From positions 2,959 to 66,958 of the forward strand of contig CAZOVC010000002.1 of assembly GCA_964583485.1 (NCBI GenBank): a stretch of DNA of 64,000 nucleotides, written 5' to 3'. Under the pieces are notes generated by a model that was not told the DNA's origin, made no database searches, and saw only the letters and a list, made by a program, of their open reading frames with translations. A program made the position numbers and the translations under genes. Numbering within the stretch: position 1 is the stretch's first letter; every line of letters begins with the position of its first letter. Shown here piece after piece: positions 48,797 through 56,717 of this stretch. This DNA is from an uncultured Candidatus Saccharibacteria bacterium. Lineage in GTDB: Bacteria > Patescibacteriota > Minisyncoccia > Minisyncoccales > GWA2-38-27.

Positions 48797-49375
48797 TTAG
48801 GATTTGGATAATAGTCCTTTAAGCTGAATTAGAGCTCGTCTGTGCCTGCTTTTAACAGTATTCAAAGACTCTCCCAGGACCTCGGCAATTTCTCTAAAAG
48901 TAAAATGATCGTTATAACGAAGGAATAAAACCATGCGGTATTTCAGAGTTAATTGATTCATCGCCGCATTAAGCATTTCTGCGATACGAGCTTGTTCAAA
49001 GATTTCATTAGGCAGAAGCGTAGGATCTGCGAGCGTCTTAGTAAGTAAGTTTTCTCCTGCTTCGTTTTCAAAATTAGAAAATGGCACAGCTTTTTTCTTT
49101 CTTAAACAATCAATAGAGGTATTTTTGGCAATACTGAAAATCCAAGTTTTGAAACTTTTCTGTTTATCAAATTTCTTGAGGTTGCGCCAGACTTTTACAA
49201 AAACTTCCTGTGTTATATCCTCAACTTCCTGTCCGTTGCCGACATATCGATAGACAAAGCTATAAATCGGCTTAAGATAGCGTTTTATTAAAATCTCCAG
49301 CGATTTCTCATCGCCTGCGAGATAATCAGTTATAAGTTGTTCATCCGAACAATCCATACTTATACAAAATACCAC
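48797..49375 (-). CDS. ECF sigma-70 factor
   Basis: EDITQEVF, FKTWIFSIAKN and EIA..LG...NTVKSR..RA motifs. Confidence 0.95.
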   Translation of the reverse strand: MVFCISMDCSDEQLITDYLAGDEKSLEILIKRYLKPIYSFVYRYVGNGQEVEDITQEVFVKVWRNLKKFDKQKSFKTWIFSIAKNTSIDCLRKKKAVPFSNFENEAGENLLTKTLADPTLLPNEIFEQARIAEMLNAAMNQLTLKYRMVLFLRYNDHFTFREIAEVLGESLNTVKSRHRRALIQLKGLLSKS

Positions 49376-49438
49376 TTATCTCCTAAAAAGTCCAGATAAA
49401 AGCAGTGGATCAAAAACCGCCAATTAGGCGATTTTTGA

Positions 49439-49456
49439 TGCGGCTCGGTCAGGAGT
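49439..49456 (-). mobile_element. Putative att site: tRNA-Asp-like 3' end copy bounding an island
   Basis: ACT-CCTGA-CCGAGCC-G-CA parses as T-loop end, T-stem, acceptor strand and G73; followed by hairpin 49409-49439. Confidence 0.5.
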
Positions 49457-49514
49457 TGTTTTAAGTTAAAATGAGACACAGAAAGCGATATTTTGAACTG
49501 TCTCATTTGCTGTA

Positions 49515-50078
49515 CTATTTTCTAAGAACTGCCAGATAAGGATATTTCAATTCTAGGATTTGATAAACTTTTCTTAACTTACACTTACCTCCTGATTTTA
49601 TTAAATATTCTCCTCTCGTTGGTAGATTATCCTCTCTCCATCTACCATCCATACAAAGCCATTTAATCCCCTTAGACGCCTTAACTTTTTCTAGCTCATG
49701 GACAGCTTTTACTATAAATGCGGAAGCGCGATCCCCTCCCCCAAAAGGATGTGGAACTTTAATTGATTGGGGTATTTTTTTCCACTTATCGGAGTTCGCA
49801 AATTTAAATTGTTTAGAAAAGAATACTTTTCCTTTTGGGTCCTGTGCATTTTTACTATCGGAGCAAAAAACGAAAACATTTTTACCATGTTTTTTAATTT
49901 CCTTCGCCCATAGGTTTATTGTTTCCTCCGGCCTGTGCTGAAAAGACCATAAGGTCCAGCCATTTCTCTTAATTTCTTGCTTTTTGCGCGAGATTATACA
50001 ATCGCATGGCTCTCCAGCGGCAACGCCAAAAGGATGCCAAAAACCGATCTTAAATTTATTCTTATTTAGTTTGTCCAT
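49515..50078 (-). CDS. Hypothetical basic protein
   Basis: 187-aa ORF, II.RK..EI...GWTLWSF; no family assigned. Confidence 0.7.
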   Translation of the reverse strand: MDKLNKNKFKIGFWHPFGVAAGEPCDCIISRKKQEIKRNGWTLWSFQHRPEETINLWAKEIKKHGKNVFVFCSDSKNAQDPKGKVFFSKQFKFANSDKWKKIPQSIKVPHPFGGGDRASAFIVKAVHELEKVKASKGIKWLCMDGRWREDNLPTRGEYLIKSGGKCKLRKVYQILELKYPYLAVLRK

Positions 50079-50174
50079 AACATTCCTTAGTGATGACTCT
50101 CGACGGAGTCTTATATTTCAAATTCTAACACAAAACGAGACAAATGAGACACTATAAAAGAGGTATTTTGTGTT

Positions 50175-50744
50175 TCAATCCTTTGGGCCAATCTTTCTTA
50201 AAATTTCAAGAACCGCATCAAAAAATATCCTTATTATGACTTCCCACCATTTTTTCTCTGAATAAAGAGGTTTGCCATTCTGAAAATATCTTTTCTGTAA
50301 TTCAAAACCGATATTATTCAAATCAATCATCAATCCCATATAATCTCGGAATTCAGCATACTCAATTGTCGCTATGTCTATATCCGTATATCTAGAACTA
50401 TAATTGATTTGATTATATTTGCCATGCCAAATCTCTCCAATTCTTAAGAATAATTGATGTGCGTTTCGACCTATTTCCTGTAATGATTTAGCAAATAATA
50501 ATGGTGGCTTGCCTCTTTTGAGTTTTTTTAAATTCTCATTCGATAATTCTATCAACCTTTCCGCAAACAAAGTTATTTCATTAAAAATTCCATCTAAATC
50601 CATTGGGATATTTTCTCTTCTTGAATGCCTTTTTCTCCTACGGAGAATCTTTTTAGTATATTTTACCAATTTTATGAAATCTTCGATTATCTCTTTATTG
50701 GACTGATTACTATAATCTGTTGTTCCTGTAAATATATTTTGCAT
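50175..50744 (-). CDS. Hypothetical protein
   Basis: 189-aa ORF, no motif recognised. Confidence 0.6.
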   Translation of the reverse strand: MQNIFTGTTDYSNQSNKEIIEDFIKLVKYTKKILRRRKRHSRRENIPMDLDGIFNEITLFAERLIELSNENLKKLKRGKPPLLFAKSLQEIGRNAHQLFLRIGEIWHGKYNQINYSSRYTDIDIATIEYAEFRDYMGLMIDLNNIGFELQKRYFQNGKPLYSEKKWWEVIIRIFFDAVLEILRKIGPKD

Positions 50745-50777
50745 ATTTGTATTAAATTAATATTGGATTAGTAAATG

Positions 50778-50827
50778 AAAGTGTGCAAAACCGAGTTTTG
50801 CACACTCATTACGACGAATATAATTGT
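50778..50827. repeat. 50-bp dispersed repeat, copy 2
   Basis: 49/50 identical to 3803-3852. Confidence 0.9.
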
Positions 50828-51018
50828 AGAAAGAGGACGCTTCTCTCTTAAACAGGGTTTTAGGCTTTTTTGACGGCGACTGGGCGACAAAGCCAAGTCG
50901 CCTAAAGGCGACTCGGCTTTTTACTAATTTTACCTGAGTCTTGTGAACGGCTGGAAATCCTAGGAACTTGGACGCGAACGTCAAAATGCTCCGCAAACAA
51001 TCGTCTTAATATAATTGA

Positions 51019-51261
51019 TTAATTCTTCGCCTTCAACTTCCTAACAATATCAATGACGGCCAGAACTACGCCGACTCCCATCAGACCATAACCGACTAAA
51101 CGGCTTTCGCCGAAAATTAAGCCGGCGACAACAAAAGCAAAAGCCAATCCCGCCAAAGGCGTAAGCGGCTTTTGCATCTTTTTCCTGGTCAAAACAAGAG
51201 CGACCATAGTGCCAGCTATCGCGATGATTGATATTAAGATGTAGGTTTGGGATGAATTCAT
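51019..51261 (-). CDS. Small 3-TM membrane protein
   Basis: LTPLAGLAF..V.AG.IFG..R..GY.L.G.GV pattern. Confidence 0.75.
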   Translation of the reverse strand: MNSSQTYILISIIAIAGTMVALVLTRKKMQKPLTPLAGLAFAFVVAGLIFGESRLVGYGLMGVGVVLAVIDIVRKLKAKN

Positions 51262-51611
51262 AGGGCTTTATTTTTTCTTTTTTGCAGATAACTCAAAAGA
51301 AAAAGGATTCCGACAACGGCAGCTGGACCGGATATGCCCACATACCAACTCCAGGGACGATCAAAACCGACCATAAAGACGTAAAACACGGCGGAACCGA
51401 AGAAAGCGATTGCTCCAACCAAGTTGTATTTCCAGGCAATCAAGATGACTGCAAGTAAAACAAATGATGGCAAGAGATGTATTAAAAATCCTAAAAAAGC
51501 CTGCCAGCCGCTATATTCCCCGAAAACGTCAAGCGCGAACAGGGACAAGAACAAAACGAAGGCGATACTTAAAATTCTTGGGAGCCAATGAATGATATTT
51601 ATGCTTTTCAT
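51258..51611 (-). CDS. Small 4-TM membrane protein
   Basis: W.PRIL.I....F.SLFALDVF...H..P pattern. Confidence 0.75.
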   Translation of the reverse strand: MKSINIIHWLPRILSIAFVLFLSLFALDVFGEYSGWQAFLGFLIHLLPSFVLLAVILIAWKYNLVGAIAFFGSAVFYVFMVGFDRPWSWYVGISGPAAVVGILFLLSYLQKRKNKAL

Positions 51612-51649
51612 ATTTTTATTATATCAAAAAAGCGTCGAAATGGCGATTC

Positions 51650-51925
51650 TTTGTGGCCGATCGACCCCGAACAAAGTTCGATGTCCTGGACGGGTACGGG
51701 TTTAGGACGCCATAGGCCTCTCGGTCGGTCTCGATACTGCGCTGACTCGTGCTGTCTGTCCTGAACAAAATCCGAACCTTTTTTCAAGAAAATCCCGACG
51801 CTGATTTTTGATAATTTTCGCTCGGGCGGGCAAAAAGGAAGGGGGTTGGGGGGAAGGAATTTTTGCCCGCCCTCGCTTTTCCGTTGCCGCCGAATTTCGT
51901 GCCAGCGAAGCTGGCGCGCCGCCTA
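51650..51925. other. GC-rich structured non-coding element
   Basis: GGCGGGCAAAAA..TTTTTGCCCGCC hairpin; 51673-51700 repeats at 53823-53850. Confidence 0.6.
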
Positions 51926-52115
51926 AATATCAAAATAACTGTCAATTTCTTCTCTCACTTCTTTAATCAGTTTTTTCTTTTCATCTTTCAATTCAAATGC
52001 TTCTTTTACCAATTTTGTAATTTTATCAATAGAATTTTTGTCTAAAATTGGTATTTTAAAATCAAGAAGACGATTTGAAATTGTTGGTATTGTTGATTGA
52101 ATTACAGTGTACTTT
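51923..52115 (-). pseudogene. C-terminal fragment of an R-M methylase/specificity-type protein
   Basis: Manual translation YTVIQSTIPTISNRLLDFKIPILDKNSIDKITKLVKEAFELKDEKKKLIKEVREEIDSYFDI*; no start. Confidence 0.5.
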
Positions 52116-52152
52116 TCGCTTTGGCATCCGGCGACTTCTTTTATTGTTGGAC

Positions 52153-52242
52153 TAAAAGGGGTCAGGTACCTTTTTTACCTTTTTTAGGTCTTCCCCTAGG
52201 ATTTAATGTTGAGTTAAAATAAAAGGTACCTGACCCCTTTTA
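52153..52242 (-). mobile_element. Collapsed RAYT (REP-associated tyrosine transposase)-like remnant
   Basis: Perfect 22-bp inverted repeats TAAAAGGGGTCAGGTACCTTTT around NSTLNPRGRPKK, which resembles a RAYT C-terminus. Confidence 0.65.
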
Positions 52243-52249
52243 TTTTACA

Positions 52250-52301
52250 CATCGTTGAAGTTGAAGTAGGGCGCGTTCGAGAAATCGCCATCAGCGTCAG
52301 G
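52250..52301 (-). other. Truncated DGR template repeat (TR)
   Basis: CCT GAC GCT GAT GGC GAT TTC TCG AAC GCG CCC TAC TTC AAC TTC AAC GAT aligns ungapped to 52792-52843; 8 of 11 adenines differ. Confidence 0.75.
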
Positions 52302-52552
52302 TTAATTGCCTCCACTCATCCATGTCACCAGACCGCGAAGTTTACTGCCTTAAGGATTATATCTTTTTGGTCTTGTATTTTATTCGGCAGCATCCCGCTA
52401 AAAGCGGGAACCTGCGCTAAGCAGAGGCAAGCAGTATCTCCTCAGCACAACACGCTCTTAGAAACCGTAGTCGCTAAGACTCTGGTTGCTTTTCTCCTAA
52501 AGAGAGAGTTCGGCGACAGCAATCCGTAAACTACTATGCATTAGCCTAAGCT
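52302..52552 (-). ncRNA. Putative structured RNA leader of the DGR template transcript
   Basis: No ORF of 60 aa or more in the track; several hairpins; promoter TTGCTT-16-TATACT at 52588..52561. Confidence 0.5.
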
Positions 52553-52607
52553 CATTTATAAGTATATTGAATTCTAAAAAAGAAGCAAGTTTTTGAGATA
52601 AAAAAAG

Positions 52608-52637
52608 AGGGTTATCCGTGTTAGTATGGATAACCCT
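52608..52637 (-). terminator. Hairpin downstream of DGR target (terminator or homing hairpin)
   Basis: AGGGTTATCC-10nt-GGATAACCCT then T-run; preceded by imperfect TCTTGA repeats. Confidence 0.7.
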
Positions 52638-52708
52638 TAAAATTTGTCGCGAATTCAAGGATCAAGATACAAGAAGTCAAAAGACTCAAGAACTCAAGAC
52701 TTCGAGAT

Positions 52709-53578
52709 TCAAGACTGCGGGACAAACCCAGAGACAGAACCGCAGAGGCCGTGCGGGCCGTCAATCCTGCGCGTGTCGAACCCGACCCTGCCGCCGTAGA
52801 AGCCGAAGGACGGAACGTGAGAAAAGTCGTCGAAAGCGCCAGGAGCATACTCATCTCCAGCACAGTCGATCCAAAGATCGTCATAGTGTTGGAGACGCTC
52901 GGGATGGGTTAGTAACATGCACCCGATCTCGAATGCGCCAAGTCCGAACTCATTGGCCGTAAAAACCTCACGAGCTCGACGGACACTGCGACCCCGATGA
53001 CGGAGACCGAACTGAGCTGCCACGACCAGAATGTCGTAGCCCTTCTGCTGGTCAGCCAGTACTTCAAGCTTTTTCGCCGTGCGTTCGTGCTGTCGGAGAT
53101 GTTTCGCTCCAAGCTGGCCTTCACGGTAGTTGCAGAACTTGCCCTTGCGCTGTTGCTTAATCAGCTCCAGCACCTTCTCGACCGCCTCATTGTAAGTCTT
53201 GGCGACCGACTGCCAGCGAGGAATGGCAAACCATCCTTCAGCATTGACTGGAAGCGGCTGGGAAGCCAAGTTCTCGTCAGCGTAACCGATGCCAGGGAAA
53301 AGTTCGCGCAAGCGGTTCGTCTGTTCGGTAATACCCTTAGGCTTGTAGCCTGACAGATAGCCGTAGCTTGACTCTACCTCTTCATCGGCGAATTGGTTGG
53401 ACACAACCAGCTCCTGTATCAGTTTCATAATCTCTCTCTTGAGTTCGTCGCCACGCTCATTTAGTCGTTGAGCGTAGTCTTCGTCCAGCCCCGAATCATT
53501 ATACGCGGCTTCAAAAATACTCGTTGCTTGCCGACCCTTTGGGTCTCTTGACGTGATCAATGTCGTAGACATCGTCAT
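52709..53578 (-). CDS. DGR target-type protein with C-terminal variable region
   Basis: GC-rich gene; C-terminus FSHVPSFGFYGGRVGFDTRRIDGPHGLCGSVSGFVP rich in NNC codons and homologous to adjacent TR; AGGAGG SD. Confidence 0.8.
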   Translation of the reverse strand: MTMSTTLITSRDPKGRQATSIFEAAYNDSGLDEDYAQRLNERGDELKREIMKLIQELVVSNQFADEEVESSYGYLSGYKPKGITEQTNRLRELFPGIGYADENLASQPLPVNAEGWFAIPRWQSVAKTYNEAVEKVLELIKQQRKGKFCNYREGQLGAKHLRQHERTAKKLEVLADQQKGYDILVVAAQFGLRHRGRSVRRAREVFTANEFGLGAFEIGCMLLTHPERLQHYDDLWIDCAGDEYAPGAFDDFSHVPSFGFYGGRVGFDTRRIDGPHGLCGSVSGFVPQS

Positions 53579-53749
53579 CGCCTCCTTTCTACCCTATAAT
53601 GTAGGGCTCTAAAGTAAACCTTATTTTCAAAGAACTTCACTATGTTATAATTATAGCAAACTGTCAAGAAAAGTCAAGGGTTTAGTAAAAAATTGGGATT
53701 TGAAATTCGATTAATAAAAAACTCGTAATTCGTTATTTCGTGTTTTTTT

Positions 53750-53915
53750 GAGGCCTCTCGGTCGCAAGAACCGAGCACCAGCCTGCTCTGGTGCTGCGAT
53801 TCGAACTGTCTCAAATTCGAATAAAGTTCGATGTCCTAGACGGGTATGGGGACATTTTTCTCGAACTTTTTCCAAAATATGAGGCGGATCGGTCTCTCGA
53901 ACCGCGCTCAAGGTA
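53750..53915. repeat. Structured element sharing blocks with 51650-51760
   Basis: AAAGTTCGATGTCCT(A/G)GACGGGTA(T/C)GGG 26/28; GGCCTCTCGGTCG shared. Confidence 0.7.
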
Positions 53916-53969
53916 GCTGCGGGAACTGGAAAACGTTAGAAATTGTTTAATAGCAGATTCGCTGGCATT

Positions 53970-54446
53970 CTAAGAATGTTTACTTAGAATAAACCCTTTA
54001 AGCCATTCCCCATCAGCAACCATAAGCTCTAAACTGCCAGCCGGCTTATGGATTGTTTCTTTCCGATAAACCTTAATCTGTTCAGGAGAAGACGTCCAAA
54101 TGCTAACCTTAGAAAGGCCAAATAATCGAGCCGATACTCCCCTAACATTTTCAACATTCTGAACCTTATCAAAGGAAATTGAATTAGAGCGTTTAATTAT
54201 TACCCCAGAATTTATCGTTATTTTGTCATTCTCTACAACAAAGGTTAAAAATTTAAAATAAAGGAGAAAATACACAAACACTGGTAAACCAATAAAGATT
54301 AGCAATGAAATAAAAACACCATACCAAACACCCTTATTAAAGACTAAAAATGGCAGAGATATTGTGAAAAACAAAAGAATGATTTTCGTTAAAACATACC
54401 ACTTAACTACGGATGGCAATTTAGTAGGAGTATTTTGATTTATCAT
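53970..54446 (-). CDS. Membrane-anchored bacterial PH-domain protein
   Basis: Two TMs, then I.SGVI....I.F.KVQNV...RLFGL..V.I.T. Confidence 0.85.
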   Translation of the reverse strand: MINQNTPTKLPSVVKWYVLTKIILLFFTISLPFLVFNKGVWYGVFISLLIFIGLPVFVYFLLYFKFLTFVVENDKITINSGVIIKRSNSISFDKVQNVENVRGVSARLFGLSKVSIWTSSPEQIKVYRKETIHKPAGSLELMVADGEWLKGFILSKHS

Positions 54447-54470
54447 ATTATTTATTTTACTAAAAAATTG

Positions 54471-54680
54471 TTATTTTGGCGACTTACGACTTTTGTTTGT
54501 CGCCTTTTTTATTGATTCTTTTTTAAAAGCTTCACGCTCGATTAGGTCTGGCGCATAAACAGCCCTATAAAGATTAACTAATCTCGTGGCCTTATCCAGC
54601 GCCACTTGGTCAGAAAGTTCCTCGCCAAATCTCTTCTTATAAAGTTCCTTAAATTTTTCTAACGATTCTTTAGATATCAT
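54471..54680 (-). CDS. Small hypothetical protein of a type seen in CPR integrated elements
   Basis: MIS.E.L.KFK.LY...FG..LSD..A...A..L..L..AVY pattern, recognised from memory. Confidence 0.65.
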   Translation of the reverse strand: MISKESLEKFKELYKKRFGEELSDQVALDKATRLVNLYRAVYAPDLIEREAFKKESIKKATNKSRKSPK

Positions 54681-54685
54681 CTTGA

Positions 54686-55216
54686 TTATTTTATTATTCC
54701 ATATCCCTCAGAAATCGGATCCTGAAAAAGAAAAAAGTGGGGAGGATAGAAAGTGAAAACCACAAAGGCCAATAGCAGTATTATCAACGATAAAAGAGAA
54801 ACGGTATTAAACCTTTGGGAGAACTCCGGCAACATCATAATCTTATAACTCACTATTTGGCCAATAACTACTGCCAAGATGAAAATCGAAATATCAATTG
54901 CCAAAAGGTTATAACCCAGCAGGGCCGTATAGGAATAAAAGAAAACAACTATCAATATGGGCATCAAATATATTCCCGAGGCCTTGGCGCAGAGAAAGTT
55001 ATTCGCCTTGCCCTTAAAAATTCGGCTCTCCAGCAGGGCCCAGATAAGAGCTGGGATTACGGCCAGCTTCAAATGCTCCCAGGTGCTTTCATTAACCGCT
55101 GAAAACGCTCCCGCGAGCCAAAACCTATTCAGCAAGTTAAAAGTGAAATGAAGCAAGCTCCCAGTCAAAGAAATGAAAACTATTCCCAATATCTCAAATT
55201 TAAAAACTCTGTTCAT
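54686..55216 (-). CDS. DUF6512-like membrane protein
   Basis: G.LLHF, VNES.WEHLKL and FT..PP...LF.DP. Confidence 0.8.
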   Translation of the reverse strand: MNRVFKFEILGIVFISLTGSLLHFTFNLLNRFWLAGAFSAVNESTWEHLKLAVIPALIWALLESRIFKGKANNFLCAKASGIYLMPILIVVFFYSYTALLGYNLLAIDISIFILAVVIGQIVSYKIMMLPEFSQRFNTVSLLSLIILLLAFVVFTFYPPHFFLFQDPISEGYGIIK

Positions 55217-55233
55217 ATTTTTTTGTTACAATA

Positions 55234-55443
55234 CTATTTCTTTTCTTCTGGAGAAGATTTAATGATTTCTTCTATCTCCATCTCAGCTTTTTTGATTCTT
55301 CCCTCGCAAATAGTAATAAGCTCACGGGCACGTTTCACTTTGGCTGCCAGTTTGTCCACATCAACATTTCTCTCCTTTATATCTTCAAGAATACTTTGAA
55401 GCTCCTCGTAAGCTTCATCATAAGAGATTTGTTTTTCGTTCAT
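55234..55443 (-). CDS. xseB: Exonuclease VII small subunit
   Basis: SY.EA..EL..I...I....D.D.L...VKRA..LI..C; follows xseA. Confidence 0.92.
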   Translation of the reverse strand: MNEKQISYDEAYEELQSILEDIKERNVDVDKLAAKVKRARELITICEGRIKKAEMEIEEIIKSSPEEKK

Positions 55444-55450
55444 ATTTTTG

Positions 55451-56698
55451 TTAGTTAATAATGCTTTTTATTTCACCGTCTGATACGGTGGTTATCATAT
55501 TTTGGCCGGCCTTAACTTCTTTTATGCTTTTAATTGTTTTACCGCTGACTTTACTGACGCTAAATCCTAAACGAATGATATTAATGGGATCTGATAAATC
55601 TATCCTTAAGGAATATTGTTTTATGGTTTCTCTGATATTTTTAAAAAACTCCTTGCAGTAAAACGATAAATTCTTGCGATTTTCTTTTAATTCCTCTTTA
55701 TCTCCTTCTAAATAAAGAGTGCTTTCTCGATTGATTTGTTTTCTAATTTCTATTAAGTTCTGCAATTCTACTTTGGTAAGATTTCGGGAGGTATGAGCAA
55801 TTTCAACAGACAAAGCATCAATTTTTTCTAAAAACTCATTTACGCGCTCTACAAAGAAAGTTGCCGCAGTACTTGGAGTCTGCTGATAGGAAAATGCCAC
55901 CATGTCTGTAATCGTAAAATCTGTTTTATGCCCTATGCCGGTGATAACTGGGATTTGTAGGAAAGCTATCTTTTCTGCGATTTTTTTATTATCAAACCAA
56001 CTTAAATCAGTTTTTGAACCACCCCCTCGAACGATGACTACCGCGTCTACATTTCTTTGCTGATTGAAATAATCCAAGGCCTCGCAAACTTCTGGCTCAA
56101 CCTTTTCTCCCTGAACCGATGCGTTATGAAATCTTATCTTAAAGTAAATCCCACTCTTTTTGAGTTCGCTTATAAAATCAGTATATCCTTCTCTGCCTTT
56201 TTGAGTTATCAGTCCAATGTGTTGCGGTACTAACGGCAAAACTAATTTTTTGTTCTTATCCAATAAACCCCTCTTTTCTAAATCTTTGATAATCATTACC
56301 CGCGTTTGTGCAAGCTTACCTAAAGTGAATTCTGGGTCGATGTCTTTTATGACCACCTTATATTCGCCCCACGGAGGATAAACATCTATTCTGCACAACG
56401 CTCTAATTTCCAAACCGTCTCTTAACTCAGCATTACTTATCTGACTAAATTTCTGTAATATTTTATTGATATCGCTATTAAAAATAGAGGCGGAAATCTT
56501 GGAGATAATTTGATCTTTGTCTGGATTCTTTTCTTGCAACTGGAAAAAGATATTTTTTGAGCCCTTTTGTTTATCAAAACCAGTTACCTCACCACGAACC
56601 CAAATTAATTCAGCAAACGAACCCTCTAAAATTTGCTCTATTTCAGAATTGAGTTCTAAAATCGTATATGTTTTTTGCTGAGGGTTATTAATTTCCAT
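55451..56698 (-). CDS. xseA: Exonuclease VII large subunit
   Basis: WV.GEV, VQG, RGGGS..DL..F, TGIGH..D and TPS motifs. Confidence 0.95.
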   Translation of the reverse strand: MEINNPQQKTYTILELNSEIEQILEGSFAELIWVRGEVTGFDKQKGSKNIFFQLQEKNPDKDQIISKISASIFNSDINKILQKFSQISNAELRDGLEIRALCRIDVYPPWGEYKVVIKDIDPEFTLGKLAQTRVMIIKDLEKRGLLDKNKKLVLPLVPQHIGLITQKGREGYTDFISELKKSGIYFKIRFHNASVQGEKVEPEVCEALDYFNQQRNVDAVVIVRGGGSKTDLSWFDNKKIAEKIAFLQIPVITGIGHKTDFTITDMVAFSYQQTPSTAATFFVERVNEFLEKIDALSVEIAHTSRNLTKVELQNLIEIRKQINRESTLYLEGDKEELKENRKNLSFYCKEFFKNIRETIKQYSLRIDLSDPINIIRLGFSVSKVSGKTIKSIKEVKAGQNMITTVSDGEIKSIIN

Positions 56699-56717
56699 AT
56701 TATTATTTCAAATCGAA

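Noticed and set aside
43627-49375. ECF sigma-MacAB-DUF5666 operon as a novel system
   Set aside because: Composed of familiar families in an arrangement I recall as common in CPR; nothing unusual seen.
50757-50996. 79-aa ORF
   Set aside because: Built from palindromic repeats (CAKLGFAH is the palindrome); FYNYIR faintly recalls a transposase tail but is insufficient.
52302-52552. Group I intron (GACTAC and AAGATATAATC resemble R/S elements)
   Set aside because: The P7 pairing is imperfect, no interrupted host gene is present, and GACTAC lies within a local hairpin.
52618-53353. Overlapping ORFs 52618..52962, 52621..52884, 52909..53124, 52997..53353
   Set aside because: Shadow frames of the GC-rich DGR target gene, without expression signals or motifs.
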